Shown: positions 1-10,757, numbered from the stretch's first letter. The stretch: 64,000 nt of DNA from Waddliaceae bacterium (GCA_963749725.1 CAVVNU010000014.1:998-64997), one strand, 5' to 3'. Made by a program: numbers and translations. The notes: generated by a model not told the origin, from the letters alone.

Positions 1-3000
1 GTCCTTGTTTTCAATTTCATCTCCAACTTTATCCTGAGCCTTACCAAGTTCTATTAATGCGCTATTCAACGCCTTTTCCGCATTTCTCACATTGCTTCTT
101 GCATCTTCTAATTTAGGCTGCAGCTCTTTGAAATCCTTTATCCTTTCCTCAAGGTCGGCAGTTTTCTTCCTCGAATTATAATCTAAATGATTTTTTCTCT
201 TTTCAGCTTTAAGTGCACCTTCCATCTCCCTAATGGATGAATATTCTCCCAATAGACCAGCTTTTTTAGAATTTAGACGATTAAGAGCATCTTCTGAATT
301 TTCGAATTCAGCATCTGCCTGATTATAAATCTCGTTTTTGTTAGTGTACTCAATTTGGGCCTCCTCAATTTTTTTCGGAGCTTCTACTTTAAGTTCAGTC
401 AATTTTCGATTCATTTTTTCAAAAGTCGGGTAGCGCCCGGGTTTTTCCAAAACCCAGAGAATGATATTGCGTTCCGGAGAACGCAGATGCGCTGTTAAAT
501 CAAGCTCATCTTTTAGCTTGTTTCTTTGATCATCGGTTCCTGAGCGCGCTATATAATAAAGATCAATAAAATGATTACGCCAGTAAGCCGGATCTTTTTC
601 TAGAACTTCCAGGCATGAATCGATCTTTTCTTCATCCGGAGTCAAAATTTTTAAGCCATCTTCACCCAAATATTCTGTAAACAACCGGACAATCTCTTGA
701 CCCTCAAGATAGGGTGTCGCATTTTCTTTTTGTCCAAAATTATTAACCGAAGGCGTGGTTAACCAGTTAATTTTTCTTATTCCTAGTTTTCCTTGTTTTC
801 CTTTATCTTTTGAACAAAGAGCATCGGTACGGTCTGCTAAACGTTGTTCAGCAAGTCCTAAAGCACAAGTTGTCACCTTATTTTTAAACCAATTTTCTGC
901 TTTTCGAAGAAGGCTTTGTACAAAAGAACCATGCTCATCAGCTTCTGCTTCTGCTTCTGCTCTTGCTTCTCTATTAAAATAAAAAGATGTAAAACCAACC
1001 AATTTAGTATGAATATGTTCTAAAACTTGACGCTCTTCCTCATCAGAGATTCGAAATTTAGCTGTTTTTGTAAGATTTTCACGGTAGCGGTCATAAGCGA
1101 CCAACATTGCAATGCCCTCAACGTCCTCAATACTAAAACCTTGATGTTGGCCGTTCCCTTCATTAAAGGCATCTTTTGCTTTTCGATATTTTAAATCATT
1201 ATTCTCCTTTATAAGGGCTAATTTTAGCGCAATTGCATTAGCTTCCGGATGATTATACCCAAAAAGTAAAAGAAATATCCCCTGAAAGATTCGATTCTCT
1301 TCTTCCGATAAAGCTTCAAGAGGATTGAATTTATTCAAAATCTCCAGCATTTTACTGAAATTCTTTTGATGAGCATTCATGAATAATTGGATCAATTGCC
1401 CCAATACTTCATTAGAGTGAATATCAAAATGAGTTTTTCCATTTGATTTCACTCTTTTTACTCCAAAATCAATCCATTCAAGAGGCTTTTCATCCAAATT
1501 AATTTCTTCAACTTGAAGAACATCCGGAATCAAAACCTTCAACTCTCCTGAAGCGCTGCGCAAAGTAAGATAAGGCAGATTGGATCCTTCCATGCTCTGC
1601 ATTAACTCAGGAAGGGAGTAAGAATATCCCGGAAAATTTTGACAATGTATCGGAATTTGATCAAAAAATTCTAGAAAAATCGTAGACATTTCAACAGGAT
1701 TTACAGGAAGATTTCCAGAATGCGCAAATCTTTGAGAAAGACGGGTTAATTGCTTATTCAATGCAGACTGAATTTCACTAGAAAGTAATTCAAAAATAAG
1801 CCCCAATCTCTTAAAGTCTACGATGATTTTTTCACCATCAGGACTTGACCAGCATTCTATATAGCTCGGGTCTGCCTCTCCCAATGCAAATCCTCTAAAT
1901 AGGTTTTTGAGTTTTGAGATATTAAAATCAAATTCACCAGGATTCTCCTCATTAAAGATAAAATTTAAATCTAAATCTAAATCTAAATCTAAATCCACAG
2001 TAGTAAAGTTTTGAGCGATCATGCCATCCTTTAATCTGGTGATCGATTCAACAGCATTACCCTGGTATTTAATTTTGTAGACTTTTTTGTTATTCCGATA
2101 GGCTAAAATTTTTCCGTTGCGTTCCCAGCAAACTATCGATTCATCAAACACTGTCGGCATGTTTTCGATAAGTTTTCTAGGCGTTGGGACATAGCGGTAA
2201 TTTTTACCATCGATCAACCTTTCGATTTCAACATTTTCCCCATCATCATAGGAACGAATTTCTAATCCTTTTTCTGAATCGCGGGGATGTAAAACATAAG
2301 TCCACTTATTTTTTCTCTCGCATGTGAGGCTATCAAATGAAAAAGGATACGCCCGTCTTAGCGTTTCGTTGCCCGTTATCCAATCAGGCGTAACGACCAT
2401 AGGTTTTCCTTCTAAGCAAATTACTCCAGTCCTGACATTAATTGTATATATGCCTGATTGATAGAGGCCTTTTCCCAAGTATTCCCAACGCAATGAGTCG
2501 TTTAAACTCTCATCTTGAATAGCGACCCGGACTGCGTTTGTTAGATCATCATGACTTATCTCTTTGTTTAACAGAGGTTGATATCTTAAGACAGAAGAAG
2601 CAATTAAAGTTTCATCTTCCTCTTCGCTATCTATTGGGCTCTCTTGAAGCTGTTGACAAACACGCAGAGCCAAAAGATCCTGAATCGCGTATTTTTTTGT
2701 TGTTTCGTCTCCATCTCCCCCATCCAAAACATCGTTGAATGCATGTAAAATCACGAGAGTGCGGTATGCTTCCAATTTTGCTGCATTATCATCCTTAAAA
2801 ACCGGAATGATCTCTTTTAAAACAACAGAACGCAAATCAGCAAATGCTGAATCATCTCCTATTGCTTCTTTAGTCGCTCGCTTAAATTTATCTCCTAAGC
2901 GAATCATTGCAACACAAGTCTCGATATTTTTAGTCTCTTTATAGTGGCCCACAGCTGAAAGGATAAATTCATTCATTTTCTCGGCAATTTGAGGGTTATC

Positions 3001-6000
3001 TCTCAACTGGCTATGAAGAAAATCGGGCCTAAATAGCAAAGCTTCTATATACTCGAGAATATCGGGCTGGCTGAGCAAAATGATATTCTCTCGAAAAAAT
3101 CCGATTGTACGGTTCAAGGTGTCATAGGGGTCTATGCCCAACATCCGCAACTGCCTTGACTTTTCAACATCCAGACCATAAAAAGTCTGTTTTGAAGTTA
3201 TAATATCATTTTGAGTCCAATTACCTCTAAAATCCAAACCAAACTGCTGTAATATATCATCATTGTCAAGATCAATACGAACGATTGAAGGCTTAGCAGA
3301 AATATTTTTTAATCCAAAATTTTTAATATTAGCGTCGAATAAGCATGGAGCTCCATTACTTGGTTTTATTTTGCACACGATGCTCGTTTTTCTATCCTGA
3401 CTATCCAAGGGAAGAGGCCCCCAATAAGGCACTTCAATATTATAAGAAACCAATTCTGCTTCGTCTTCTGAAAGCATATTACAGATATTTGGTCGAGCAA
3501 AAACTTGCGTCCTCAATGCGTTTTGCCAAATCCGATTCATCTTTTCCGGAATACATTTCCTCCCCTCTTCATCGCACAGCAAGCAAATAAGCTGATCAAC
3601 AATAGAATCTGTTGGATATTGTCCCGGATGCTCCGGCTCTGCAGGTGCTATTAACTTCTCCAAACGCAGCCTATTTTCCTTTAGATTCAGTTGAGGAAAG
3701 AATAAACTTTTTTCTCTATCCCTGCATGCCTCTTCATATGACTCGATGATTTCACCGTAATTTTCACCTAGTTCTTCACTAAACCAATTTTCATAGCCTT
3801 TGATACTTTGTTGCACGGCTGCATCGTCATAATGAACATTATCCTTTGCCTCTATATAATCATCAAAATCTTGATAATAGTTCGAGTAATCTCCTCTCAA
3901 AATTTGTTCAAAATCGAAACTATTATTAATAGTTTCGATTTCAGTTTCTAATTTACCAATTTCTTCTGTTATTTGTTTTTTTTCTTCGAAATAACGTGCA
4001 AGCCTTTCTCTATAGTCTGCAAGATTTTCTTCATACCTTTGTTGAAGTTCTTCGTTTTTAGCATTGAGCACTTCAATAACGCCCTCTCTTACCCCTTCTT
4101 CATCCAGCATCATTTCTAAGTATTTTTGATCAACGCTTTTCTCAAGGTCAGTATTTACAAATTTCAACTCCCATGGCCGAAATGATGAATATTGTGAAAT
4201 TTTGTAGTAACCTTCAGAGTCACCGACCCCCCCAATATCGAACTCCCCAAAACTAAATAGTGAATAAGGGGACTCAACATCATGTTTTTTCGAAAATTTT
4301 CGAGTGATCTCTTCAACGTTCCAATTAGGGTTGAAAAAATGCATTAACTCATTAACCATTTTCCCAACAACCGGGTTTTGAATGACAAACTTTGTATCTC
4401 TCATCTTCATTAAGTATCTGAAATAACTAAAACTTTGTCCTTCAAGGTGGTAATCAGGGTCGTTTGAAGCAAGTTGTAATTGGATGGCATAAATCGCAAG
4501 GACAAGGACTGATTCCTCCGCGGAATGTTCACCCCTGCTCATCCTCCCGGTATATGTGTACTTTTTATTCAAAATGGAAAATTTGAATAGAAGGAGTAAT
4601 AACTTCTCCGTTTGCTGCAACCAATTTTCTGTCATCTCAGGAGAAAGATTAGCCCAATAAGAATCATCTTCTCGTGAAAAGATCGGTAAAGATGCAATCA
4701 CATCTTGCAGTGTGCGTTCATATAAACTAAAAACCGCCTCTTTCACAGAATTTTCAGCAGGGATTTCCCTACCAAAAAAGCCTCGTTTATAACTCAACTC
4801 CGGATTTTCCGATAAACTCTGATACAAACCGGATAAATGGTCAAAGTTCTCGGCGAATTTCTCAAGGTGGCTTTCTTTATCGCCGATGGTGAAATCAATT
4901 TGATAATCAAACGTTGCAAGCCTCTCGACAAAATCTTCAGCGGGCTTAGCTTGAATTTCTTGTGTACTGCCTTCGTTGTCTGCTCCCCCGCTAAAGTTAA
5001 AAGGATCGACCGCTTGAGGCATAATATCCACATCTAGCACGCCCCCTTGGCTTTGATACGATGGTAAAGCAGCGTAAATACCGACTCTTGCCAAAATTTC
5101 CGACTCCGGTACCTCTAGTTGTTCCGTTAGATTCAGTCCCAGTTGACTCGGGTCTACTAATTCAGGTCTTTCAAAGATAGATTTTAATTGTTGGCATGCA
5201 GCAAAAAAACCTGAAATCTGTTCATGCGAAATTCCATTAATTTTTTTAAGTTTCTCTGCCGACCTCATTAAATTGTGCATCAAATCATTAAGAAACATCT
5301 TTTCTGATTGACTGACCTCATTCCATGCACCTCTCCGATCAATTTTTCCGACATATGCTAAAAAAACTTGCGACTGCAATAAAAATTTGATTTTTTTATA
5401 TCGAAGAACTGCCTGGCTTAAATCTTTTTCAACGTCAAAAAAGGGGTTGATGCTCAAATAATACAACGCTGCTGAAAGACTGTTGAAGGACGTATCCTTG
5501 TCGCTTTCTTCAAAATGACGATACATCTTTCTAAATAACTGGCTATGTTCACTTGATGCCTTTAGACGCTTTCCTCTAATATATTTTGGAAGGGCCTTGT
5601 GTATCACTCCTTCAACATCGTAATCCTGATCCTGATCCTTGATCCAAGCAGGAAATAGGCTTCCTTTAATTAAAGATCTAAAAAAGTTTTGATCGCCTAT
5701 TCTCTCGGGATCACCTGAACTATAAGAGATAAACTGTTGACTTTTAAAGGCTTCTATTTCTCTTCCTGTTAGATCTTGGTAAGTATGGGCAATGCAGTCT
5801 TGCCGGCGTTCCATATTTTGAACATCGAACTTGTTTAGAAAATTAAAGCTCGTTAAATATCCCAAAGGATCTTTTTCAACCTGTATAATCGAAAAGCCGC
5901 GCTCTTTATCAATGCGCACCATTTGTGAATATTTTCCTTCTGCATCCAGCAATGGAAAATGAACAACTCTTTTTTCATTCAGCAATTCCTTCAACTCCAA

Positions 6001-6516
6001 TGCAAATGCGTCAATCAGCTCTTTTGCCTCCTCGTCATTTTCTGCGGTTTCTCGAATCCCACGAAGCTTGTTTGCAAGTTTACATGCTTCTTGAAAATTT
6101 GAAGAAATTTTAGTCAGCTCATCTAATTCAATGCCATAATCTTGACAAACCTGTCCATTTTCCGATAATTCTTTCAAAAAATCCGAGACTAACTGGAGAG
6201 CATCGCGGTTTAATCCAAAAACGCTTTGTTCTCCCGGTTGTTCTCCCAAAATCCCGCCATAAGCGCCGCCGCCGGCAATGCGAACCAATCCCCCAAGCCC
6301 CAAGCCGGAAAGGTCTTCTCCATTAATAGAATTGCCAATAGGATGGCCCTTATCCATCCAAGAGTTTTTTTCATCAATTTCACAAGATTTATCATTTTTT
6401 TCGTCGTATAATTGTTTCGAAATCGGAGTTCTATAGTTTTTATTTTCAAACCCCAATAACTGATAAATGTTAAAGTTTGGATCTTGACGATTGTTTGGAT
6501 CTTGGCTGCTAAACAT
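1..6516 (-). CDS. Giant hypothetical protein (>2172 aa, partial; continues past window start), probable large chlamydial secreted/effector-type protein
   Basis: ATG at 6516 preceded by GAGGTG RBS. Frame was open at every line checked (MFSSQDPNNRQDPNFNIYQLLGFENK ... ALIELGKAQDKVGDEIENKD at base 1). Absence from the ORF track is consistent with no in-frame stop inside the window. Confidence 0.85.
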   Translation of the reverse strand, partial: MFSSQDPNNRQDPNFNIYQLLGFENKNYRTPISKQLYDEKNDKSCEIDEKNSWMDKGHPIGNSINGEDLSGLGLGGLVRIAGGGAYGGILGEQPGEQSVFGLNRDALQLVSDFLKELSENGQVCQDYGIELDELTKISSNFQEACKLANKLRGIRETAENDEEAKELIDAFALELKELLNEKRVVHFPLLDAEGKYSQMVRIDKERGFSIIQVEKDPLGYLTSFNFLNKFDVQNMERRQDCIAHTYQDLTGREIEAFKSQQFISYSSGDPERIGDQNFFRSLIKGSLFPAWIKDQDQDYDVEGVIHKALPKYIRGKRLKASSEHSQLFRKMYRHFEESDKDTSFNSLSAALYYLSINPFFDVEKDLSQAVLRYKKIKFLLQSQVFLAYVGKIDRRGAWNEVSQSEKMFLNDLMHNLMRSAEKLKKINGISHEQISGFFAACQQLKSIFERPELVDPSQLGLNLTEQLEVPESEILARVGIYAALPSYQSQGGVLDVDIMPQAVDPFNFSGGADNEGSTQEIQAKPAEDFVERLATFDYQIDFTIGDKESHLEKFAENFDHLSGLYQSLSENPELSYKRGFFGREIPAENSVKEAVFSLYERTLQDVIASLPIFSREDDSYWANLSPEMTENWLQQTEKLLLLLFKFSILNKKYTYTGRMSRGEHSAEESVLVLAIYAIQLQLASNDPDYHLEGQSFSYFRYLMKMRDTKFVIQNPVVGKMVNELMHFFNPNWNVEEITRKFSKKHDVESPYSLFSFGEFDIGGVGDSEGYYKISQYSSFRPWELKFVNTDLEKSVDQKYLEMMLDEEGVREGVIEVLNAKNEELQQRYEENLADYRERLARYFEEKKQITEEIGKLETEIETINNSFDFEQILRGDYSNYYQDFDDYIEAKDNVHYDDAAVQQSIKGYENWFSEELGENYGEIIESYEEACRDREKSLFFPQLNLKENRLRLEKLIAPAEPEHPGQYPTDSIVDQLICLLCDEEGRKCIPEKMNRIWQNALRTQVFARPNICNMLSEDEAELVSYNIEVPYWGPLPLDSQDRKTSIVCKIKPSNGAPCLFDANIKNFGLKNISAKPSIVRIDLDNDDILQQFGLDFRGNWTQNDIITSKQTFYGLDVEKSRQLRMLGIDPYDTLNRTIGFFRENIILLSQPDILEYIEALLFRPDFLHSQLRDNPQIAEKMNEFILSAVGHYKETKNIETCVAMIRLGDKFKRATKEAIGDDSAFADLRSVVLKEIIPVFKDDNAAKLEAYRTLVILHAFNDVLDGGDGDETTKKYAIQDLLALRVCQQLQESPIDSEEEDETLIASSVLRYQPLLNKEISHDDLTNAVRVAIQDESLNDSLRWEYLGKGLYQSGIYTINVRTGVICLEGKPMVVTPDWITGNETLRRAYPFSFDSLTCERKNKWTYVLHPRDSEKGLEIRSYDDGENVEIERLIDGKNYRYVPTPRKLIENMPTVFDESIVCWERNGKILAYRNNKKVYKIKYQGNAVESITRLKDGMIAQNFTTVDLDLDLDLDLNFIFNEENPGEFDFNISKLKNLFRGFALGEADPSYIECWSSPDGEKIIVDFKRLGLIFELLSSEIQSALNKQLTRLSQRFAHSGNLPVNPVEMSTIFLEFFDQIPIHCQNFPGYSYSLPELMQSMEGSNLPYLTLRSASGELKVLIPDVLQVEEINLDEKPLEWIDFGVKRVKSNGKTHFDIHSNEVLGQLIQLFMNAHQKNFSKMLEILNKFNPLEALSEEENRIFQGIFLLLFGYNHPEANAIALKLALIKENNDLKYRKAKDAFNEGNGQHQGFSIEDVEGIAMLVAYDRYRENLTKTAKFRISDEEERQVLEHIHTKLVGFTSFYFNREARAEAEAEADEHGSFVQSLLRKAENWFKNKVTTCALGLAEQRLADRTDALCSKDKGKQGKLGIRKINWLTTPSVNNFGQKENATPYLEGQEIVRLFTEYLGEDGLKILTPDEEKIDSCLEVLEKDPAYWRNHFIDLYYIARSGTDDQRNKLKDELDLTAHLRSPERNIILWVLEKPGRYPTFEKMNRKLTELKVEAPKKIEEAQIEYTNKNEIYNQADAEFENSEDALNRLNSKKAGLLGEYSSIREMEGALKAEKRKNHLDYNSRKKTADLEERIKDFKELQPKLEDARSNVRNAEKALNSALIELGKAQDKVGDEIENKD

Positions 6517-6718
6517 AGGGGACTTTTCACCTCTTAATTTTGGGGATAAAAACGCTGTTATTTTAATATAACTCTGTAACTTTTAAAAAACTTGTTTATT
6601 AACTTACAAGGAAAATGTTAAGAAAATATTAAGAATAGCAAAAAAATTAACAAAAACCGGTTAATTATGTAAATGTTTAAAATGAATTAAATTTTATGGA
6701 GGTTGAAAAACAAAACAA

Positions 6719-7109
6719 CTCGACTTTGCAAAATTTTGCATATCCTTCAAACGTACTGGTTCCACAAAAATAATTGAAACACAGAGGCTCAAAGACAGTG
6801 GTCAGATAAAGCAATTGCTAGGACAACCCCTATATTAATGGCGCTATATTCAATTGTGTGTTTGATTGGAAATCGAATACATAATAATGAGCCTCTAACA
6901 GCAGAAAAGACAGCGTGGTATGACAAGGAGGCTATCTCGTTCTCTGATTTAATCAAAGCGATTCGAACTCGACTGTGGAGAGATAATTTATTTTTCAGGA
7001 AGGGGGATTCGACACCTTCCGGAGAAATTAAACTGGAGGAACACGGGGTTTGGAGGGACTGGTTGGTGGAAACCTTGGCGCTAGCGGTCTAATTTTTTGC
7101 AAAGTCGAG
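6719..7109 (+). mobile_element. Internally deleted IS remnant (IS701-like DDE transposase C-terminal fragment)
   Basis: TIR CTCGACTTTGCAAAA / TTTTGCAAAGTCGAG; encodes QRQWSDKAIARTTPILMALYSIV...TAWYDKE..FSDLIKAIR; 20-bp imperfect direct repeats at 6699-6718 and 7110-7129. Confidence 0.75.
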
Positions 7110-7172
7110 GAGGTTGAAAAACAAAGCAAAATTCGCTAAAAATCACAATTTCCGGAGATTTTGAACAGGTTC
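7110..7172. repeat. Partial palindromic MITE, family B (AGAACCTGTTCAAA termini)
   Basis: Matches, in reverse orientation, the copies at 10812-10975 and 57590-57645. Confidence 0.7.
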
Positions 7173-8243
7173 TCAGAACAGGCTCTTAAGATTTGCAACA
7201 GGTTCTTGCAAAATCCTAAGCGTTTTTTTTGCAGCATCGAGTTCGGCCATTGCATTAAGCGGAAGAGTTGTCTGGTTTTCAACATGCCCTGAAGGAAATC
7301 CCATCATAACCGGGTAGGCAGCATCCGAAAAGTAATTTCTAAAAATATGCTCTAGAGACAAAGTGCGATCGGGTCTATGTCCTTTACACCCTCTCCAGCT
7401 GCACAAAATGACGCCTGCCGGTTTTTTAAGAAACCCTGCCAACTTTAGTTGACTTAACATCCGATCAATACGGTATGGCTGTTCCTCAACTTCTTCAAGA
7501 ATCAAAATATTGCCTTCTGTTTCTATTTCCCAAGGAGTGCCAATCAATGATACAACAAGAGACAAAGTGCCCCCGACAAGGCGTCCTCGCGCAATTCCGG
7601 GACTTATTGTCATGACATTCTGATCTCGCGGTGGGTATTGTTCCGGCATTGAAACCAAATGCCCTCCAACCGGAAAATCGCTTTTTGAAATCATATTCCA
7701 AGCCTGGATTTCATTGTATGTAAAATTGGATTTTGCTCCTTTTCCAAAAACGCTATTAAGATTTGGACCAAGAAAGGTAATCAATCCGGTCTCTTTAATA
7801 ATAGCTGCGTGGAGAGCTGTGATATCGCTCATTCCAATAAAAATTTTGGGATGTTTTCTAATAACATTATAATCAATAAGATCCAATATTCGCATACATC
7901 CAAATCCGCCTCTCCAACACCAAATCGCCTTGACCTCCGGATCAATCCACGCTTCCATTAATGCGCGGGCCCGCTCGCAATCAGTCCCGGCTAAATAACC
8001 ATACCTTGTCATAAGATTAGGAGAAATTTTAACTTTGTATCCCTTCTGCATCAGCATTTTGATACCGGCAGCAATTGTATCTTGATTTTCTTCAGGACAT
8101 GACGCAGGAGCAATAATGGCAACCGTATCACCGGGACATAAAGGAGAAGGCGCCAATACGCATAAAAGTTCTTTAGGCAGAAAAAAACAGAAAATAGCCA
8201 AACGAATTATCAATTTCATGGTATCGGATAAGATAGCAAGCAT
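7173..8243 (-). CDS. ldcA: LD-carboxypeptidase, S66 peptidase family
   Basis: GDTVAIIAPAS, RGGFG, FIGMSDITALH (Ser), ILEEVEE (Glu), GH (His) motifs. Confidence 0.9.
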   Translation of the reverse strand: MLAILSDTMKLIIRLAIFCFFLPKELLCVLAPSPLCPGDTVAIIAPASCPEENQDTIAAGIKMLMQKGYKVKISPNLMTRYGYLAGTDCERARALMEAWIDPEVKAIWCWRGGFGCMRILDLIDYNVIRKHPKIFIGMSDITALHAAIIKETGLITFLGPNLNSVFGKGAKSNFTYNEIQAWNMISKSDFPVGGHLVSMPEQYPPRDQNVMTISPGIARGRLVGGTLSLVVSLIGTPWEIETEGNILILEEVEEQPYRIDRMLSQLKLAGFLKKPAGVILCSWRGCKGHRPDRTLSLEHIFRNYFSDAAYPVMMGFPSGHVENQTTLPLNAMAELDAAKKTLRILQEPVANLKSLF

Positions 8244-8323
8244 TCAGCTTTTTTTGATATAGGATTTTTCTTCTTGCGATCATGTTTTGATCTCTGCGAA
8301 GTTCTGTCAACTTCAAGTTGACA

Positions 8324-8656
8324 CTAGGCTATCAAAACCCCTATTGCTGCAAGGACTGAAACTAAAACCATCAAGACGCTTAATAAAAAAATCCATAAAA
8401 CAGGCACACCGACCTCTTTATGAGACGGAATAATGGATCCCACATATGCAAACCGCCAAGCGCCCAAAATAAATGAAAAAATACTAAAAAAAAGAAGCGA
8501 CATAGAAATCATCCTAATCACAGGATCAGGAATGACACCGCCTAAAAATCGCTCTATTCCCAATCCTGTGGCAAGGGCTGTCAATCCTGTTCGAACCCAT
8601 GCGGCATATGTTCTTTCATTGGCCAAAATTGTGTTATAGTCAGCTTCAGCAGACAT
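8324..8656 (-). CDS. DUF202/YidH-family inner membrane protein
   Basis: LANERTYAAWVRTGL signature, three hydrophobic helices. Confidence 0.85.
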   Translation of the reverse strand: MSAEADYNTILANERTYAAWVRTGLTALATGLGIERFLGGVIPDPVIRMISMSLLFFSIFSFILGAWRFAYVGSIIPSHKEVGVPVLWIFLLSVLMVLVSVLAAIGVLIA

Positions 8657-8843
8657 AAATTCCTACCATGGTTATCAAGACATTGATTTTGTATAGACTA
8701 AAATTTTTTTAAAGTCTATGAAGAAAAAGAAGTCTTTGAAACACGACCGGTATCAAAGTGCACGATGACCCCTTTTTGGCAAAGCTTTCAAAGACGCGCA
8801 GTATCATAAATAGGATTTATTCTATCAATGAGGGCCTAAAGGT

Positions 8844-9566
8844 ATGAATAAAATAAGATACCCGCTCAGACTCAAAAATTGGCTGAGCATCATCCCGTTA
8901 TTCTTCCTGACAACAAGCTGCGATCAATCGCAGGAGCCTCCCAATTCGATCAACAAGGACGATATTAAAAAAATTTCCGAAACAATGGGACACTACATTG
9001 TAGAAAATTTAAATTCTCGAAACTTGGTTTTAGATAAAGAAAGCTTTGTTAAAGGAATGGAAAACGCTAATGCAGGACAAAACCCTCCATTATCAAGAAA
9101 ACAATTTTATGAACTCCTCGCTTCTTACAGAAAAAAAGCACAAAATTTGAGAAACTCTGAAAACCTTAAAATTGCTGAAGATTTTCTTGAAAGCAACAAA
9201 TCGAATCCGAATACCATTGTAATCGAAAGCGGTAAACTGCAATACCAAATATTAAAAGAAGGAAAAGGAAAACAGGTATCAATCAACGGAACGCCTCTTA
9301 TTCATTACAAAGGCAAATTTATTGGCGGTAAAGTTTTCGACAGCAGCGATAAACAAGAAAAGCCGATTAAGATATCCTTAAAATCGACAATACCAGGTTT
9401 CCAAAAGGGTTTAGCAGGCATGAAAGAAGGAGAAAAAAGGCGGTTATTCATTCATCCTGATCTTGGATGCGGAAAGCGCGGAGGCCTGCCGCTAAATTCA
9501 TTGCTCATTTTTGATATTGAAGTGATCCATGCAGAAGAAAGCATACCTCTTTTTCCACAACAATAG
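8844..9566 (+). CDS. mip: Mip-like FKBP-type peptidyl-prolyl isomerase lipoprotein
   Basis: Lipobox TTSC; LQYQILKEG, HYKG, VFDSS, TIPGF, GMKEGEKRRLFIHPDL motifs. Confidence 0.88.
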   Translation: MNKIRYPLRLKNWLSIIPLFFLTTSCDQSQEPPNSINKDDIKKISETMGHYIVENLNSRNLVLDKESFVKGMENANAGQNPPLSRKQFYELLASYRKKAQNLRNSENLKIAEDFLESNKSNPNTIVIESGKLQYQILKEGKGKQVSINGTPLIHYKGKFIGGKVFDSSDKQEKPIKISLKSTIPGFQKGLAGMKEGEKRRLFIHPDLGCGKRGGLPLNSLLIFDIEVIHAEESIPLFPQQ

Positions 9567-9716
9567 AGCTATGCTGCCCGCCTCCTCAAAATCTCGGGAA
9601 ATTTCCGAATATACATGGTTAAGGTTGTCAAAGAATCCCGCTTTCTCTAACATCTCCATTATTGTGCAATCTATATAAAAAACCCGAGCAATCTTTAACC
9701 ATAAGGAATTCAAGTA

Positions 9717-10757
9717 ATGACACAATCTACACTACGAACAATTACGAGATCATTTCTTTCAGGTCTTTTTGCGGTATTAGGCCTTATATTTGGATTAGTT
9801 ATTCTTATTATGCTTCTCGGAATCCTTCTTAATGAAAGTTCGGACACAATCAAAATTAAAAGTTTCTACACCCCTACAATTACAGCTAATGCCAATGATG
9901 TAAGAAAAGAATTATCGGAAAAAGCCCCGGTCATTCTTAGAGTCCCTATTTCCGGCGTCATTGGCACGCCGAAACTCAACATGCAAACCGTTAGACAGCT
10001 TTTAACGGAATCGAGAGAAGGTTTATTTAAAAACAATCGGGTCAAAGCTCTATTGGTTGAGATCCGCTCTCCCGGAGGAACTGTTGTTGATTCCGACGGA
10101 ATTTACCACGCCCTTAGAGAGTATAAGGAAAAATACAATGTTCCTGTTTATTGCTATGTCGATGGGCTCTGCGCTTCCGGAGGGATGTACATTGCATCTG
10201 CATGCGATAAAATCTGCGCCAGCAATACAAGCCTGATCGGCAGCGTCGGTGTATTATCCCCTCCTTTTTTCAATGTAGTCGGGCTAATGGACAAGGTCGG
10301 CATATTTGCAAAAACACTTTCGATGGGGAAAGGAAAAGACGAGCTTAATCCCTTTCGTGCTTGGAAGGAAGGAGAGTCGGATTCTTATCAAGCGATTATT
10401 GATTATTATTACAATCAATTTGTCGACATCGTTTTAAAAAGCCGCCCAAACATCAAACGAACAAGGCTGATCAATGATTATGGAGCTCATATCTTCCCTG
10501 CAGAAAAAGCTAAAGAGTTTGGCTATATTGATGAATCCGGCTACTCCTATGATCAAACATTGAAGCTCCTTGCAAAAGAAATAGGAATTGAAGATCAATT
10601 TTATCAAGTCGTCACAATGGAAAGAAAATTTGAATTTTCCGATCTTTTTAGCAATGGATCCATGATGCTGGGCGGAAAAGTCAAGCATCAAATCGATCTG
10701 CCGCAAGAATTTGATCCGAACCTGCTTAACAAATTTTTATATCTATACCTCCCTTAG
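9717..10757 (+). CDS. sohB: S49 peptidase (SppA/SohB)
   Basis: SPGG, CASGGMYIA, GSVGV motifs; N-terminal TM helix; upstream of polA as in other chlamydiae. Confidence 0.88.
   Translation: MTQSTLRTITRSFLSGLFAVLGLIFGLVILIMLLGILLNESSDTIKIKSFYTPTITANANDVRKELSEKAPVILRVPISGVIGTPKLNMQTVRQLLTESREGLFKNNRVKALLVEIRSPGGTVVDSDGIYHALREYKEKYNVPVYCYVDGLCASGGMYIASACDKICASNTSLIGSVGVLSPPFFNVVGLMDKVGIFAKTLSMGKGKDELNPFRAWKEGESDSYQAIIDYYYNQFVDIVLKSRPNIKRTRLINDYGAHIFPAEKAKEFGYIDESGYSYDQTLKLLAKEIGIEDQFYQVVTMERKFEFSDLFSNGSMMLGGKVKHQIDLPQEFDPNLLNKFLYLYLP

Noticed and set aside
755-6530. Short ORFs listed in the track within 1-6530
   Set aside because: Antisense or alternate-frame shadows of the giant minus-strand ORF.
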